In this document: one piece after another, positions 27,528-40,940 of the stretch
Numbering within the stretch: position 1 is the stretch's first letter
Layout of the letters: every line of letters begins with the position of its first letter
NCBI GenBank assembly: GCA_951406725.2
Contig: OX597821.1
Coordinates: 51,708,001 to 51,772,000, forward strand
Length of the DNA: 64,000 nt
Direction of reading: 5' to 3'
DNA from: Octopus vulgaris
Taxonomy: Eukaryota
Notes under the pieces: model-generated
What the model was told of the DNA's origin: nothing
The model's database searches: none
What the model saw: the letters and a program-made list of their open reading frames with translations, nothing else
Translations under genes and position numbers: made by a program

Positions 27528-27790
27528 ATGATGGACTCTCCCGTCGAAGACAACGTATGTGCCTTCAGGTTTTGCCGAACAATAAATTTGTTTATGGTGA
27601 TGAAATATATCCGTGCTACACATTAACGCTCTCTCTCCATCAAATCGATGATTGTCTGTGTAGGTGCTATGTGTACCACGCTTCAGGTGTCGAAGAGTTC
27701 GCAGAGCAACCTGAGATGATGTGTTTCGCTAAAGAACACGACGCAAATCACCATCTAGCGATCGTGAGTACAACACCCTAGCCACACACA

Positions 27791-27837
<47 letters not shown>

Positions 27838-28263
27838 ATATTTAATTGAATACTGGGGTGTTGGTAGCGTTCGTTTCTGATGCTATGATAGAAACTCTTG
27901 AATAGACAACGTATAGACGAAAGCCAGCTTACAGTGTATAACATAAGATTGATTATATCTACTGGACAGTCATAAATGGCTCTCTTTAATTAAACAGTTT
28001 TGTTGTGGACAGACAGAAAGAAGCTATCTGTTGGCTTTAGTTTCAATTATCATTGCAATCTCGTTACCAGCGGTTTACCTTACTCTTAAATCTCCGTAGT
28101 GAAATTATATCTATAGGCCAGGTGTCAGAGTATTTTGTTAATGAATTTGCAATCCTAGTGGTCGCTGAAGTTTGTTGCATAACATAGCATATGTGATAGA
28201 TGCATAAGATACGTATGTATGCGTGTGTGTATATGAATGTGTGCGAATGTGTTAATATACATG

Positions 28264-28319
<56 letters not shown>

Positions 28320-29207
28320 CAAGGTCTGATCAATAAGTATCCGGACTCTTGCTATAGTAACGAAGCTAAAGCACGCAGAGTAAAGCCGCTGGGGCGATTA
28401 TTGACCTTCCCCATTGTTGTTCATGCGTGCTAAGTTTTAACATTCCGGCTCACTTCTGCTGTTTACAGCAGTGCTTTGAAGGAAGGTGTGTAGCGTCTGA
28501 TCGTCGCATTGGCGATGACAAGGTTGTCATGACGATATCTGCTCAGTGACCTCTGCAAAGTTGCAGAAAGTGTATGGAGAGGACTGTATGAGCCGCACAC
28601 AAGTGTGCGAGGGGTTCAGACGTTTCCGAGATGGCTGAAAAATGTCGACACTGACGAACGTTCTGGGAGACTCGCAACTAGCAGAACTGAGAAAAACATC
28701 GCAGATGTGCATGCAGCTGTGAGGAGAAATCGTCGAATCACCATCTGTGAGTTATCAGAGGATGTGCAGATTAGTTACGGTTCAGTTCAGTCCATTATCG
28801 CTGACGATTTGGGTATGAGACGCGTGTCTGCCAAAACTGCTTTCAGCTGACCAAAAAACATTCGAGTTCACTTGCACTAGATCTCCTTGATTGAGTCAAG
28901 GAAGATGAAAATATCTTGAAAACTTTGCATAGACCTTTAATTAGGCATCGCCAACCTTTTGGCAAAATTTTATGCAGATTCTCTGCTCAACTTTCTCTGT
29001 CATTGTCAATACGGCGATCACACCTTATACACGTTCCTTCCAAATACAGTTGTAAACAGTGGGACGTTAAAACTTAACGCTAGAACGTTAAAACTTAGTG
29101 CGCTTGCACAGCAGTGTTCAAAGTCAATCTGTGCCAAGCGGTTTTGCCAAGCATGCTTTAGCTTCGTTATTATGGCAACAGTCCGAATACTTATTTATCA
29201 GACCACG
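28320..29207 (+). mobile_element. Non-autonomous mariner derivative with long inverted termini
   Basis: TIRs caaggtctgatcaataagtatccggact / agtccgaatacttatttatcagaccacg; TA at the right end. Transposase N-terminus DERSGRLATSRT..RRNRRITICELSE..ISYGSVQSII.DDLGMRRVSAK; no catalytic domain. Confidence 0.85.
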
Positions 29208-30922
29208 TATATAAATTGTTGATGTAATAAAACTGTTCCATTATGTATGTGTGTGTGTGCATACATATAAATATACCTGTATATACACACATATATACCT
29301 TACATGAATATGTATGTATACATTATATACACATATATATATACGTCTGTGTGTCCCCGTGCACACATGCATACATACACATGCGCGTACGTATATATGT
29401 GTGTGTTATCATCAGTATCAAGTTCTGTTTGCTTATATGATTAATGGTTGCATCACGTTAACGAAAATACAATATAAAATGTTATTTATATAGTATTTAA
29501 TTCCTCTAAGAGAACTGACTGATAAGTTTATCTCAGTCAGTAAGCTACAATTCCACATCTAACTCGGGAGATAATCTATGGCGATTTAATAAATACCTAT
29601 TAAGAGCCTACATATATACCGTGTTTATGACATAAAACTATGATGCATTGGTCTGCTAATGATTATGACAACGAGACAACACGACACATGATGTAGCCAG
29701 TACACGTCTTATATAACTTTTGCAGTTGAATCATAAATATCGCTAATTAATTCCTATTCTGATCCTTAACGTTAAACATGTGTTTATGTTAGGTAACAAA
29801 TATATAATGAAGCGATATGCTCTTAAATAATGTAATTTTCTGCTGAATCAGATTTATTTTACAAATTTCATTGCTTTTCCAGTTATAATGGAACGCTTAA
29901 TGCCTGTTTTATGGCCCTGGGTAATTGAACAGATTTTGTAATCTACCGAAAGAGGAGAGTACTGGAAATACATTATTTTCATTATCTGAAAAAATCTGCT
30001 GCGATTTTCAAAAGAGAAAGTATTTCACAAACTTAAATGAAACTATTTATTCTTTATCACATCTTGCTTGCAGTTCTGCACACAATTACGTTTAAACTGG
30101 TGCTATATTAAAGCAACGTTGTTCTGAATCTCTTGCCTATCTAGCAAAATTGATTCGCTTTCATTCGGCACAATATTTCCATTTAAAGGAGAGAAAATTG
30201 ATCAACTTATATATCGCTGTTTAGCCCCAGCTCAGCTCTAATTAAGCATATCTATGACCAAAAGCAATCCAGCTGTTACTAGGTTCTCTTTCCCTTGACA
30301 ATATATCTGTAATTTTATTATTTAAGTATCCTTTCCTTTTGTAATGATATATATGATAAATTTGGTCACGGTTTCTAGCAACATACCGCAGCAGTTCTGC
30401 CTATCCTACTGCTGCTAAAGGACAATAAAATCTCTAAAATATCTAGTATGTCAAATCCGTCCTATTCATGACCACCACAACTTCTTGTATATTTATAGTA
30501 TTCTAGCTATCTTCAGTTTCTTTATTCATTTATTTGTTGACTCATTATGGTGTGATATGAATTAATTCAGCTGGTATCTCTAACAGGTCGAGAGACCACG
30601 TCTAAGCTCACCTCTGTCAATTTACAGAGTGAGAAGAGAGAAAAATCAATTATATCGTTCGTAATTCTATTCGGGAAATTAGTTTCCTACTACATAAAAA
30701 CATCAATATACGGTAAGGTGTACATATAAATTATTTGAGTCTAGCATTCTGAGTTCAATCCGCGCCGGAGACGTCTTCTTTCCTCCGAATGCTGTATATG
30801 AATAACAGAGCGGATTGGGCTTCAGGCACCATGGGCAAGACAACGGCGTTAAACTGGGTGTTATATTAAGTCTACCTCCCAAAGTGAACTATTTTGTGTT
30901 TATATATATATATATAAATACA

Positions 30923-30956
<34 letters not shown>

Positions 30957-31006
30957 GTAAGCAATTGTATGTGTATATATATATGCATATAAATGCATAT
31001 ATAACA

Positions 31007-31047
<41 letters not shown>

Positions 31048-31050
<3 letters not shown>

Positions 31051-31238
31051 CGGGATGGTTTACGAAAATAAACAAAAGACGAAGGCAGGTGGAGTACAAA
31101 CAAACAATTGTATTAGTATGGTGCTCAGGAATAGAAATAAAACAAGTCTTTTACGTTTCGAGCCTACGCTCTTCGACAGAAAGATACACAGAAAAGAAAC
31201 AAGGAGAGAAAAAAATGCGTGTAGGAGTTAACGGTTCA
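31048..31238 (-). mobile_element. Short Penelope-LTR-like element between (TA)n and (CATA)n tracts
   Basis: Contains a hammerhead-like motif. A partial related copy (gtttacggaaaaaaacaaaagacgaagacgggtggtgt) lies at about 37257-37303, also abutting (TA)n. Penelope origin is inferred. Confidence 0.55.
31147..31184 (-). ncRNA. Candidate minimal type-I hammerhead ribozyme (variant core CUGUCGA)
   Basis: Minus strand reads UCUUU-CUGUCGA-A-GAGC-GUAG-GCUC-GAAA-C-GUA-AAAGA: 5-bp stem I, 4-bp stem II, palindromic ACGU in place of stem III, GUA cleavage triplet. Confidence 0.55.
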
Positions 31239-31304
31239 TACATACATACATACATACATACATACATACATACATACATACATACATACATACATACATA
31301 CATA

Positions 31305-32285
31305 CGCGGTATTACTCAAAAATAATCGGAAACGATATCAGTGGGACAAACCCATTGTAGTTCAGTCTTCCGTTGCTAGAAACCACTTGATGCGACCCTT
31401 AGGCATCAGTCTTCCGACTGGCGTTGTTCATTTGGGTCATACTGCCACGCGGTGCATCTTTGTTTTGCAGTGTTTCTCCCCTTTTGTCGATTTTTGCGAT
31501 GTCTAAAACAAAGAAATAACGTGCTTCCGTGAAATTCTGTTTTCCGCTGGGGAAACGGCAGCTAAAACAGTTGTTATGCTTCAAACAGCTTACAAGGACA
31601 CTGCCATGAGTAAAATCACGTTTACAAGTGGTTTTCACACTTTAGGAGTGGTTACTTATCGCTTGAGGACCAATTTCATTCAGCGCGACCGTCGACCTCC
31701 CGAACGAATGAAAACATGAAAGTTCATGAACTGATCTTGGAGGACCGTGACTAATGAAATTGTTGATATTACTGGTGTTTCCTGGAGCTCCTGTCAGTGA
31801 ATTTGGAGCAAAGAATTGCGGATGATATGAGTTGCAGCAAAAAGTGTGCCTTGCTTGCTCATGGAAGATCAAAAGCAGTCACGACTGAATGCGTGTCGTG
31901 AACTGAAAGAACAATTGGAAGTTGATGTGGACCTTTTTATCATTGGTGACGAAAGCTGGCGCTCCGAAATTTGGAGGTGTGGAAGTGATGAAGAAAAAAA
32001 CGACGGTGTCGTTAAAAAACATCACATGCCAAGAGTTCCAGGACTGCTTCCAACAATGGAAAATGCGTCTGGACCGATGCAATGCTTCCAGTGGAAAATA
32101 CTTAGAAGGCGATAAAAGTGTAAACATGTAAAACTAAGTGGATAAAATAATATTTCAAAAATCCGGTTTCTTTTGGGTACTCCCTCGTGGATAAAATAAT
32201 ATTTCAAAAATCCGGTTTCTTTTGGGTACTCCCTCATGGATAAAATAATATTTCAAAAATCTGGTTTCTTTTAGGTACTCCCTCG
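31305..32285 (+). mobile_element. Internally deleted mariner with a triplicated right terminus
   Basis: TA at both ends; left TIR cgcggtattactcaaaaataatcgg, right ccggtttcttttgggtactccctcg. Residual motifs IIGDESW and EFQDCFQQWKMRLDRCNASSGKYLEGD. Confidence 0.82.
32139..32285. repeat. 3 x 49-bp tandem repeat containing the mariner right TIR
   Basis: Units 32139-32187, 32188-32236 and 32237-32285, differing at 1-3 positions. Confidence 0.95.
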
Positions 32286-32719
32286 TATATATAATTGAAG
32301 GACCAGTCAACCATAAATGACTTGCGCTCCTTCACATTGATTATTGTTTTTGCATTTCTCGCTTCCAAACAATATATACATATTCATCAATATATATTTA
32401 AAATGTGTATGCATAAATATGGAAATGTATTTAAAAATCAAAATAAATCTCGTTGGAACTCTTTTCAGCTGATTCCCTATCGACTTTGTTGTTCGGGTCC
32501 TCCTTTCCCTCGAAATTGAGAGCCTTTTGTGAAATTATAGTCAAACTTGCATTCAAATATCCTCACTTTCACCTCTATAACGATAAATTTGTCCTGGAAT
32601 TCAGATTATCTCATGTTGTTGACTAAACTGAGATACTTCTGCCTTTTGTAATTGTGGGCCTTCATTTTTCTACATTCGTATAATACAGTGAGTTCGATCA
32701 GAATCACATATTTTGATTA

Positions 32720-33480
32720 AACTAAGAGTAGCGCCATATTCCATCTCATACCGCTCTTGTTGAAGATTTCTTAGCAATATTTCCATTCTGGAATATCTAC
32801 TGCGCACTCCCAGTCAGCCACTCTACCACGCAGTCCCCGCTTCCATGTCTGATTGGCACAACTGTTCCCAGCTAAATTTGTTTGTCATCTGCCGTGTAGA
32901 ACACTTGTAGAGCTTGCAATGGTGTAGTCTTTCCTCTCGTTGCACACATTGCATGCACGATCACTTTAAACGCTAGAATGTGCCTTCATGTGTATAATAT
33001 TGAGCTAGTGGCACTTTGCACAAGTTCAGGACATGTTCCGCTGTTGTTTGCCTTGGCAGAGAGGGCATGCAGGATTATCTGATTTTCTCTTATGTCACCT
33101 GATTTGTATTCCTGGGTAGGATATCATATACAGATTTGAGGAAGTAGCTAACCCTAAGAGGATCTATATGCCATATCTTATTCCAGCTGAAACTTCTTAA
33201 GAGTGCACACTCCCACGATGTCCATTGTCCCTGTTGATCCTGCAGTATTGCTTTCTGTATTCAGTCGGCTACCTTTTCCCCTTCACTTCCTATCTTCCCA
33301 CGTTTCCCTTTGTTTTCCCTCTTGTCTTTCACCACCACACTATTGAGCCTGATCCCTGCCTAATGGTTTGCACGTATCTTGCTATTTCTCTGAACCTTGA
33401 CGCTCTATTTTCTCGCCATCTGCAGCTTCCTGAACTTTCCCTTATCTTCAAGTTTTCAGCCGGGGCTGGATTGATCTCAT
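32720..33480 (-). mobile_element. Decayed HERO-clade-like RLE non-LTR retrotransposon fragment
   Basis: Minus-strand QQGQWTSWE..SWNKIWHIDPLRVSYFLKSVYDILP, TAEHVLNLC and ADWECAVDIPEW match recalled HERO C-terminal motifs. Confidence 0.6.
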
Positions 33481-33664
33481 AACTTCGTCTCCAGATCTTT
33501 AGTCTTTGTTATTATAGAGGAAATATTTTTATTTGACTACAAATTCTCTTTTATTACCCCATTGTAGCTGTTTTCTATCTTTGTGAATGTGTGTGCGTAT
33601 GCCCATGGTGCTTGTATATTTACGTTTTTAAACGTTTATCTCTCCATATATATATATTCACACG

Positions 33665-33737
<73 letters not shown>

Positions 33738-33774
33738 ATATATATATGTGTGTTTATACATATAGGGACGGTGA

Positions 33775-34220
33775 AGGCGGCGAGCGGACAGAATTAATAG
33801 CACGTCGAGAAAAATGTTCAGTGACATTTCACTCGTCTTCATCTTCATAGTCTGAGCTCAAATTTCACCCGAGGTCGACTTTGCCTTGCATCATTTCGCG
33901 GTCGATAAAATAAATGCTAGTTGAGCTCTGGGGTCGATTAGATCGACTTACCCTCGCCTGAAATTTAAAATCTGTATTATAGTGAAGGCGTATGGCCTAG
34001 TGGTTAACGAATTTCAACCGTACCATCGTTGTTTCGATTCCTGGACCAGGCGGTATGTTGTACTTTATGTTACTTCAGTTCACTTAGATATAATGAGTTC
34101 CAGCAATATCTGGGGAGTTAACCCTGTGACGGACAGGCATCCTGTTCAGAGTTGGTTATTGTAATCTCAATCATTTACATACCATGAAAACCAGATTAAT
34201 CTCTGGCACAGGACTCCTGA
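33775..34220 (+). mobile_element. SINE B (33775-33965) followed by SINE C (33984-34220)
   Basis: Similarity to the other copies of each family in the window. Confidence 0.72.
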
Positions 34221-35232
34221 CAGAACTGTTATAAGTTTATACGTGTAAGCATGTATGTGCGTGTGTCACCTATGTCTAGCAGATTGAACAACTTGGTACA
34301 AGCTTCCTCGTGAGTTCAATTTTAAGTTTGTGCGTTAATAATGTCTTGGTGCCTTCTCACTGAAGAACTTTAATAATTACTTGTGAATTAAGGATACATG
34401 AAATATTAGTATGTAATTGATACCAAAATAGACTTCAAAATTCTATGGATTGTTCGCAATTTCCTATCAAAGTCAGGTTAAATGAGGCTACACGATCTAA
34501 CAAGAGCACCGATGTTATGGTTAATTACCTTCACTATAAAATATCCGGAAAAACGAAAGGTTATATGGCCACTCAATTCAATAAAATTTCTACTAAATTG
34601 TTTTCGCTCGAAACTTTCCGTTCTGATCGATATATGTTCCAAAATAGGGAATTTTTGCTCCGCTGATCAGAAATTGTTCCGAATTTCACTGGCTTTTATT
34701 ATGCAGACCCTTTGTCTCTCATCCGAATTGTAATGTAATTCCGTTATTCCGTATTATTTCATGGTGGGATTGCTTTGAAGACGTGATAACGATCAGAATC
34801 CAACTTATTTATTTCTTGCTTTATATCTTAACTATTTACAGCCATTAACTTAACTCTATCTCAACATCTTAAATATATACGTAATCTTTACACCCGTAAC
34901 TTTTCTTCTTAGTTTGTTGTTGCCGCTTTTATTGTTATGTTCTCAGCAATATATACAATATTTAAACTCGTGTGTCTATTCTAACATTGTGAACAAGATT
35001 TACAAATAATATAAATTTGTATTTATTTGGCATTATCGATTATCAGCCCACAACATTTACACCTGTCCCCTGTTCAAACATTTAAAACATTATCTTAAAA
35101 TATTTACCGCTAACTGCGTTTTGTGTCACCGCCTGGTTAGTGTTCCGATTAGTAAAGTCAGTACTACAACATTCTTAGCGCAAGTTTTGAAGAATGCAGT
35201 TCGATTTTAAGAGTTATTTTTTCAAAACAATA

Positions 35233-35690
35233 ATGGAAGTGCCAAAGGAGCATATTCGGCATTTTTTGCTTTATGAGTTCAAGAAAGGCAACAACACAAT
35301 GGAAAGTGCGAGGAATATTAATGCAGTATATGGGTATCGGTGAATAAGCGCAAGCCAGTGTCAACGCTGGTTCCAAAAATTCCAAGCCTGAAACTACAGC
35401 TTAGAAGACGAACTTCGTCCTGGAAGATCTGAAGAGCTCGAGGAAGACGTCTTGCAAACTCTGGTGGAACAAAATCACATCGTAACTGTTGAAGAACCAG
35501 CTTAGAAGCTTGGATTTGGTCATTGAACCATTCATCGACACCTGCGTGCCATCGGAAAAGTCAACAAATTGGGTCAATGGGTTACTCACAAAATTTCCGA
35601 GACTAATATTTGGCCACATACAGCGAAGATGATATTCCAAAGGCTGAAACAGTTTGAATGGGAAACGATGCCCCACCCACCATATTCTAC
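35233..35690 (+). mobile_element. Deleted mariner transposase remnant
   Basis: MEVPKEHIRHFLLYEFKKGNN..LEDELRPGR..WVTHKI joined to PHTAKMIFQRLKQFEWETMPHPPYS. Confidence 0.8.
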
Positions 35691-36528
35691 ATTACTTGTG
35701 CCCGTTGAAATTACTAGGCTAACCTATTGCCCCTTTTCTTTCTTACATACAGAGCAAATATGAACGAATCAGTTATTCCATTGCGAACTATATAAGCTCA
35801 ATTACCGATACATGCTATCAGTGTCTTCTACCGATTCTACTGTTTACTATATCACATTATGTATAGTTTTGTTGACATGCTTGTGTTTGAGTATATGTGC
35901 ATATCTATGAGAATGAGCGCTTGTGTATTCAGGCTTCAGTAAAAACATATTTATTCAGTGGAGATTGAAATTACTTTTATAGTGATTCATTTGGATTTAC
36001 GTCCGTTTTCTCCATGCTGTTATTGATTAGGTGAGAATTTATATAGGTTGAGTCAGAATTTTTACGTCCGAAAGCTCTGATCTTCAACCCTAACTTGTTA
36101 CCAAGTAAGGTTGTTTTTTCTTTCATTCCGTTCTTCGAAATTTGAAAATCGACATTTTACTTACTGGAGAATGAAAATAAAGACACCATTTTCGCACGTG
36201 CTAACTAGGGCAGGTAAAAATGAAATTCACACACACACACACACAAGTGCAGGCTCGGTTGTGTGGTTGAGAAAATTGCTTCCGAAAGATGTGCTTATCG
36301 GTTCAGTCCCACATTGCGACACCCTTGTACAAGTGACTTTTGCTATAACCTCAGGGCGACCAAAATCTTGTGAGTGGATGTGGTAGACGGAAACTGAAAC
36401 TCTGTCTCCCTCTCTCTTACTCTCTCTCTCTCTTTTACTCTCTCTCTCTCTCACACTCACTCGCTCACTCTTTCTCTCTCTCTCTCTGTGTATGTATACA
36501 CGCACACACACACACACACATACACACA

Positions 36529-36599
<71 letters not shown>

Positions 36600-37198
36600 A
36601 CACACACACACACATAGTGTGCGTGAATGAGAAACAGTGCGAATACCGATCTGCTATTTATTGCAAATCGCGAGTGTAAGAGTTGCCTTATTGACTTGTC
36701 TGGAATGTCGTTCGCAACCCAACTGGTTGGCGACAGTTTCCCCATATATTTAAGCCAATTACGTTTCAATAAATTATCTTGATACAAGATGACAGGCAAG
36801 TTTCTAAAGTGAGATATATGATGATTGTGATCGAGTAAATAAGATTAGAAGTTTTACTCTGATGATCTATAGTTGATTAATTATCATCGCATAACCTCAA
36901 TCGCACTAAAGATATTACACATGAGAATGGCGACTAAACACATTGAGAGTGATAGATTAAACACGTCAGATTTAGCGATAGAAGAAACCTGTTTGACATG
37001 TAAGTGACAGGCTAAAAGTTCGTGAAAGTAAAACAGAGGCTCCTAAATGTTAATAATAGGATGAAGAGTTTGTAAGTTCGATAAGTTTGGCTGCTCTGAG
37101 GAGTCAAACAGTCTGACGTTACGGACATGGATCCTTCGTCAAAATTATCAAGTGTTGGCGTCTCACACAAAATACTTCTCCTTTTTCTCCCCTCCCCC

Positions 37199-37263
<65 letters not shown>

Positions 37264-38710
37264 GAGTTTACGGAAAAAAACAAAAGACGAAGACGGGTGG
37301 TGTATATATATCCCTCAACCATCTTTCCTCACGCACCATACCTTATATCTTCCATTCACTGAGCTTTTTATAATCACCTTCACAACCTCTCCCTGCTTTT
37401 CATTTTCTCTTTTTACTCCTGCCGACCATTATATATTGACATGTACAAATTCTCTTAGTTTTTAATAGTTAAGTTAGTGATGATATATCTAACACATGAA
37501 TTGTTAGAAAATTAATTAGAAATGATTAAGTTGAGATAAAAAAGTCAATATAAGTCAATGACAAATATTTCTTTTAATTATTCCATCAAATAAAGGAGAC
37601 AGCTACCCAGATGTTTCTGCCTTCTCAGACCTCATCAATGATGAATACATTTCAGCGGACCTTCGTAATTTCTAGTTGAACCGCCTTTAATTTTCACTTT
37701 TAAATAACATCAACTAATGCCACTGTATTAGAAATATTATGATTACTAACAGCGTTTATAGTATTTGATTGCTTAAAAGTTAGCAGCTGGTAAGATTGCA
37801 GACTGCATGTAATTTCATGAACAGCTGCCCAGCATTACCTAATATATTTTGTTGCTGTAATTGTTTTGTTCAGATCCATCCTGATCGTGCAGGCTTATGA
37901 CCAAGTACGTTATTGCTATGGCAGTCACGTCTTTTAGTTACGTGCAGAAAACCTATTGTAAGATTATTCATCGTGCCCATTTTTAGAACAGTATGGTGCA
38001 TTTTGAAAATATTTGGCTATTATTTCTAGCAGAACGAGTGAGCACGAAGAAGTTCTTTCATTGGCTGGTTCAATATCTTCAGTTTACAAATATGGTAAAC
38101 AGATAGTTTCTCAGTTATTGAACTGAAGGAAAGATAATTTGTGGAGAACAAGTTTGCAATAAAAAAAAGCACGAATTAGGAGATACAATTGACATTTGAA
38201 GAGGAACAAAAACATAATCAAGAAGAACAGTTTAGCTGTAAGCTAGAATTTTCGAGAATTGTATTATCTTCTCATAAGAAATTAATAAGTAAAGTAACTT
38301 AACTGTGAATCTAGAAGATTGAAAAACAATTATATCATTCCGTGAATACATTATTTACGTTCAAAGTGAATTGGATAAGGTTTTTTCTCTATGAAAGTCA
38401 TTGCAAAAGAGTTTAACGTTCTTAGCAGCTAACTTTCAAATTTTTGCGAGGAGAACTAAGTGCATAAAAAACGTTACTTCAAAAGAATGCTGAGGGAGAA
38501 AATGTATTTAATCAATAAGAAAAGTGCAAGAAATAGAGTATCTAGAAATAGAAATAGAGCAAGTAGAAAGATAGGAATGTTTTTGACTTTTGCAAGAAGT
38601 TGTTCGTTGTTGTTTTGTTGTTTAGCCTTGCGTCATCTCTGGTCGAGTAGACATTTGATAGAAAGTGTTCCAGCCATGACCATCTCGCATTTTATGTCAA
38701 AAATGTATTA

Positions 38711-38968
38711 AATAAAAATAAATGGGCCCTTTTAAAGCCTAACCAGGCTCATGGGCCCGGTTTCCCGGTTTCTATGGCGTATGTGTTCCCCAGCTGGGCG
38801 GGACGCCAGTCCATCGCAGCGTTACTCATTTTTGCCAGCTGAGTGAACTGGAGTAACATGAAATGAAGTGTTTTGCTCAAGAACATAACGCGTCGCCCGG
38901 TCCAGGAATCGAAACCACAATCTTACGATCATGGTGCTGACACCCTAACCACTAAGCCACGCGCCTCC
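38711..38968 (-). mobile_element. SINE family C (tRNA-derived head ggaggcgcgtggcttagtggttagg)
   Basis: A-box tggcttagtgg and B-box gtttcgattcc on the minus strand; close to 51276-51536. Confidence 0.9.
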
Positions 38969-39134
38969 ACCAAAAAATATTGATTTATTCACAAAATTGT
39001 TTATAGACTTTGAAATCTTAATCTCATCAGAGAGAAAAATATGATTAAAAATTTATAAATCACTAAGCTACTGTTTAAATACATGTGAGCGTGTGTATGT
39101 ATGCATTTGCATGTATGTGTGCATATATACGTAG

Positions 39135-39167
<33 letters not shown>

Positions 39168-39607
39168 CGTGTGCGTGTATGCATATCTAGTGTAGTGGTA
39201 GTGTGTCCTTGAGAGGGTTATGTGCGTGTCAACTCCCTCCAACACTCCCTATAAAATCTAGGAAGGCCCGCATGCTCCTCCCTGCCACTTTTAAGTAGAC
39301 TACCGGAACTTCAGCCATCCTTGATTAGATATGGGATGGATTCTGGAGTGCTTTACCGTTGTTTTCGCCGAGCTCGTAGGACTTGAACTAGGTATGTGGA
39401 GAGCCAGAAGATATATAGTAAGCATCTCTCCCGATGCGTCAACAGCTGTGGCACTCTCTCACTTACTAGATTAGCAAGTGTTTTACTCAACATCACAATA
39501 CACCGCTTGTTCAAGGAATCTAACCCACAACATAGCGATCGTGAGAGCAACCCCCTAGTTTCTTGGTTATGCGCCCCTTCACGTATATATATATATATAT
39601 ATATATA

Positions 39608-40020
39608 GGCGTGACTGTGTAATAAGAAGCTTGCTTCCCAACTAAGTGGTTCTGGGTTCAGTCCCACTGCGTGGCACCTTGGACAGATGCCTCCTACTAT
39701 AGCCTCGGCCCGACCAAAGCCTTGTGAGTGGATTTCGTAGACGGAAACTAAAAGAAACCCGTTGTATATTAATATATATGTATGTATGTATTTGAGTGTG
39801 TGTATCTGTTTGTCCGCTCTCCATCATAGCTTGACAACCGATGTTGGTGTGATTATGTCCCCGTAACTTAGCAGTTCAGCAAAAGAGACCGATTGTATAA
39901 GTACTAGGCTTACAAAGAATAACTCCTGAGAATGATTTCTTCGAATAAAACCCCTTTAAGGCAGCGCTCCAGTATGGTCGCAGTCAAATGACTGAAACAA
40001 GTAAAACAATAAAAGAATAA
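39608..40020 (+). mobile_element. SINE family A
   Basis: B-box-like gggttcagtcc, ggcaccttgg core, internal TA/TG repeat, tail gcagtcaaatgactgaaacaagtaaaa. Confidence 0.88.
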
Positions 40021-40711
40021 ATGCTTATGTGTGTGTGTATGTGTAAAATAGCCATCTATCCGTTGTGCGTAATAAATATACACTATCAAGAAGTCAGTTT
40101 CTGTAGCATTTGTCCTGAGATGGTATAACTTATAGACTTGCTACGTTAAATACGGTAAATATCAGAAAAAGACAATAATTTATCTTAATAGCGGCTATAG
40201 AGAGCTCCAGGAGTATTTCGACCCTTTTGAACCTTTTCAATGTCACACGCAACCAACCACAGTCTCGGGCCCAAACTCGTCATCTCTAATATAAGAAGTG
40301 AATAAAACATTGCGAATAGTTGTCTAGCTAATTAAAAATTCGGTATTCAGAAGTGAGGCAGTATATAATTAAAATAGCATGTACGTAGCATAATTAATGC
40401 ATACACACAGTCGATAGGCCAATATTTCTTTAGGAATTGTGCTAAAAAAACACAATATATGCCAAAGACACAGAAATTTCGCTCCAGCAGCAGCAGGCAA
40501 GAGCGCTAGATGCATTTCGTCGTCTTTGAGCCTTTTCAATATTGCATACTCACCATTTTAATATTTTGATATTATATACTCGTTTCCGTGTGTTTCTTTT
40601 CTTTTTCTTTTTTTTTTTTTTAGTACATTGCAGCTTACCCGAACAATAATAAAGAAATACCATTTCGAAAGCAAATTACAACATTATCGAACACTTGTTA
40701 AGATGATGACC

Positions 40712-40712
<1 letters not shown>

Positions 40713-40742
<30 letters not shown>

Positions 40743-40940
40743 GTGTATGTATGTATGTATGTATGTATATACATATGTATGTATGTATGCATGTATGTAT
40801 GTATTTATGTATGTATTTATTTATGTATGTATCTATGTATATATGTATGTATGCATGTATGTATGTATTTATGTATGTATGTATATATGTATGTATGCAT
40901 GTATGTATTTATGTATGTACGTATTATGTATGCGTATATA
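40713..40940. repeat. Degenerate (TATG)n
   Basis: Direct reading. Confidence 0.92.

Noticed and set aside
32139-32285. Regular repeats resembling a CRISPR array
   Set aside because: No unique spacers, no cas genes, eukaryotic context; it is a tandem copy of a mariner end.
38880-38968. tRNA-like sequence
   Set aside because: Head of a multi-copy SINE continuing into core and tail; no complete cloverleaf seen.
39240-39580. Possible 3' end of an RLE LINE (-)
   Set aside because: No diagnostic motif recognised with confidence.
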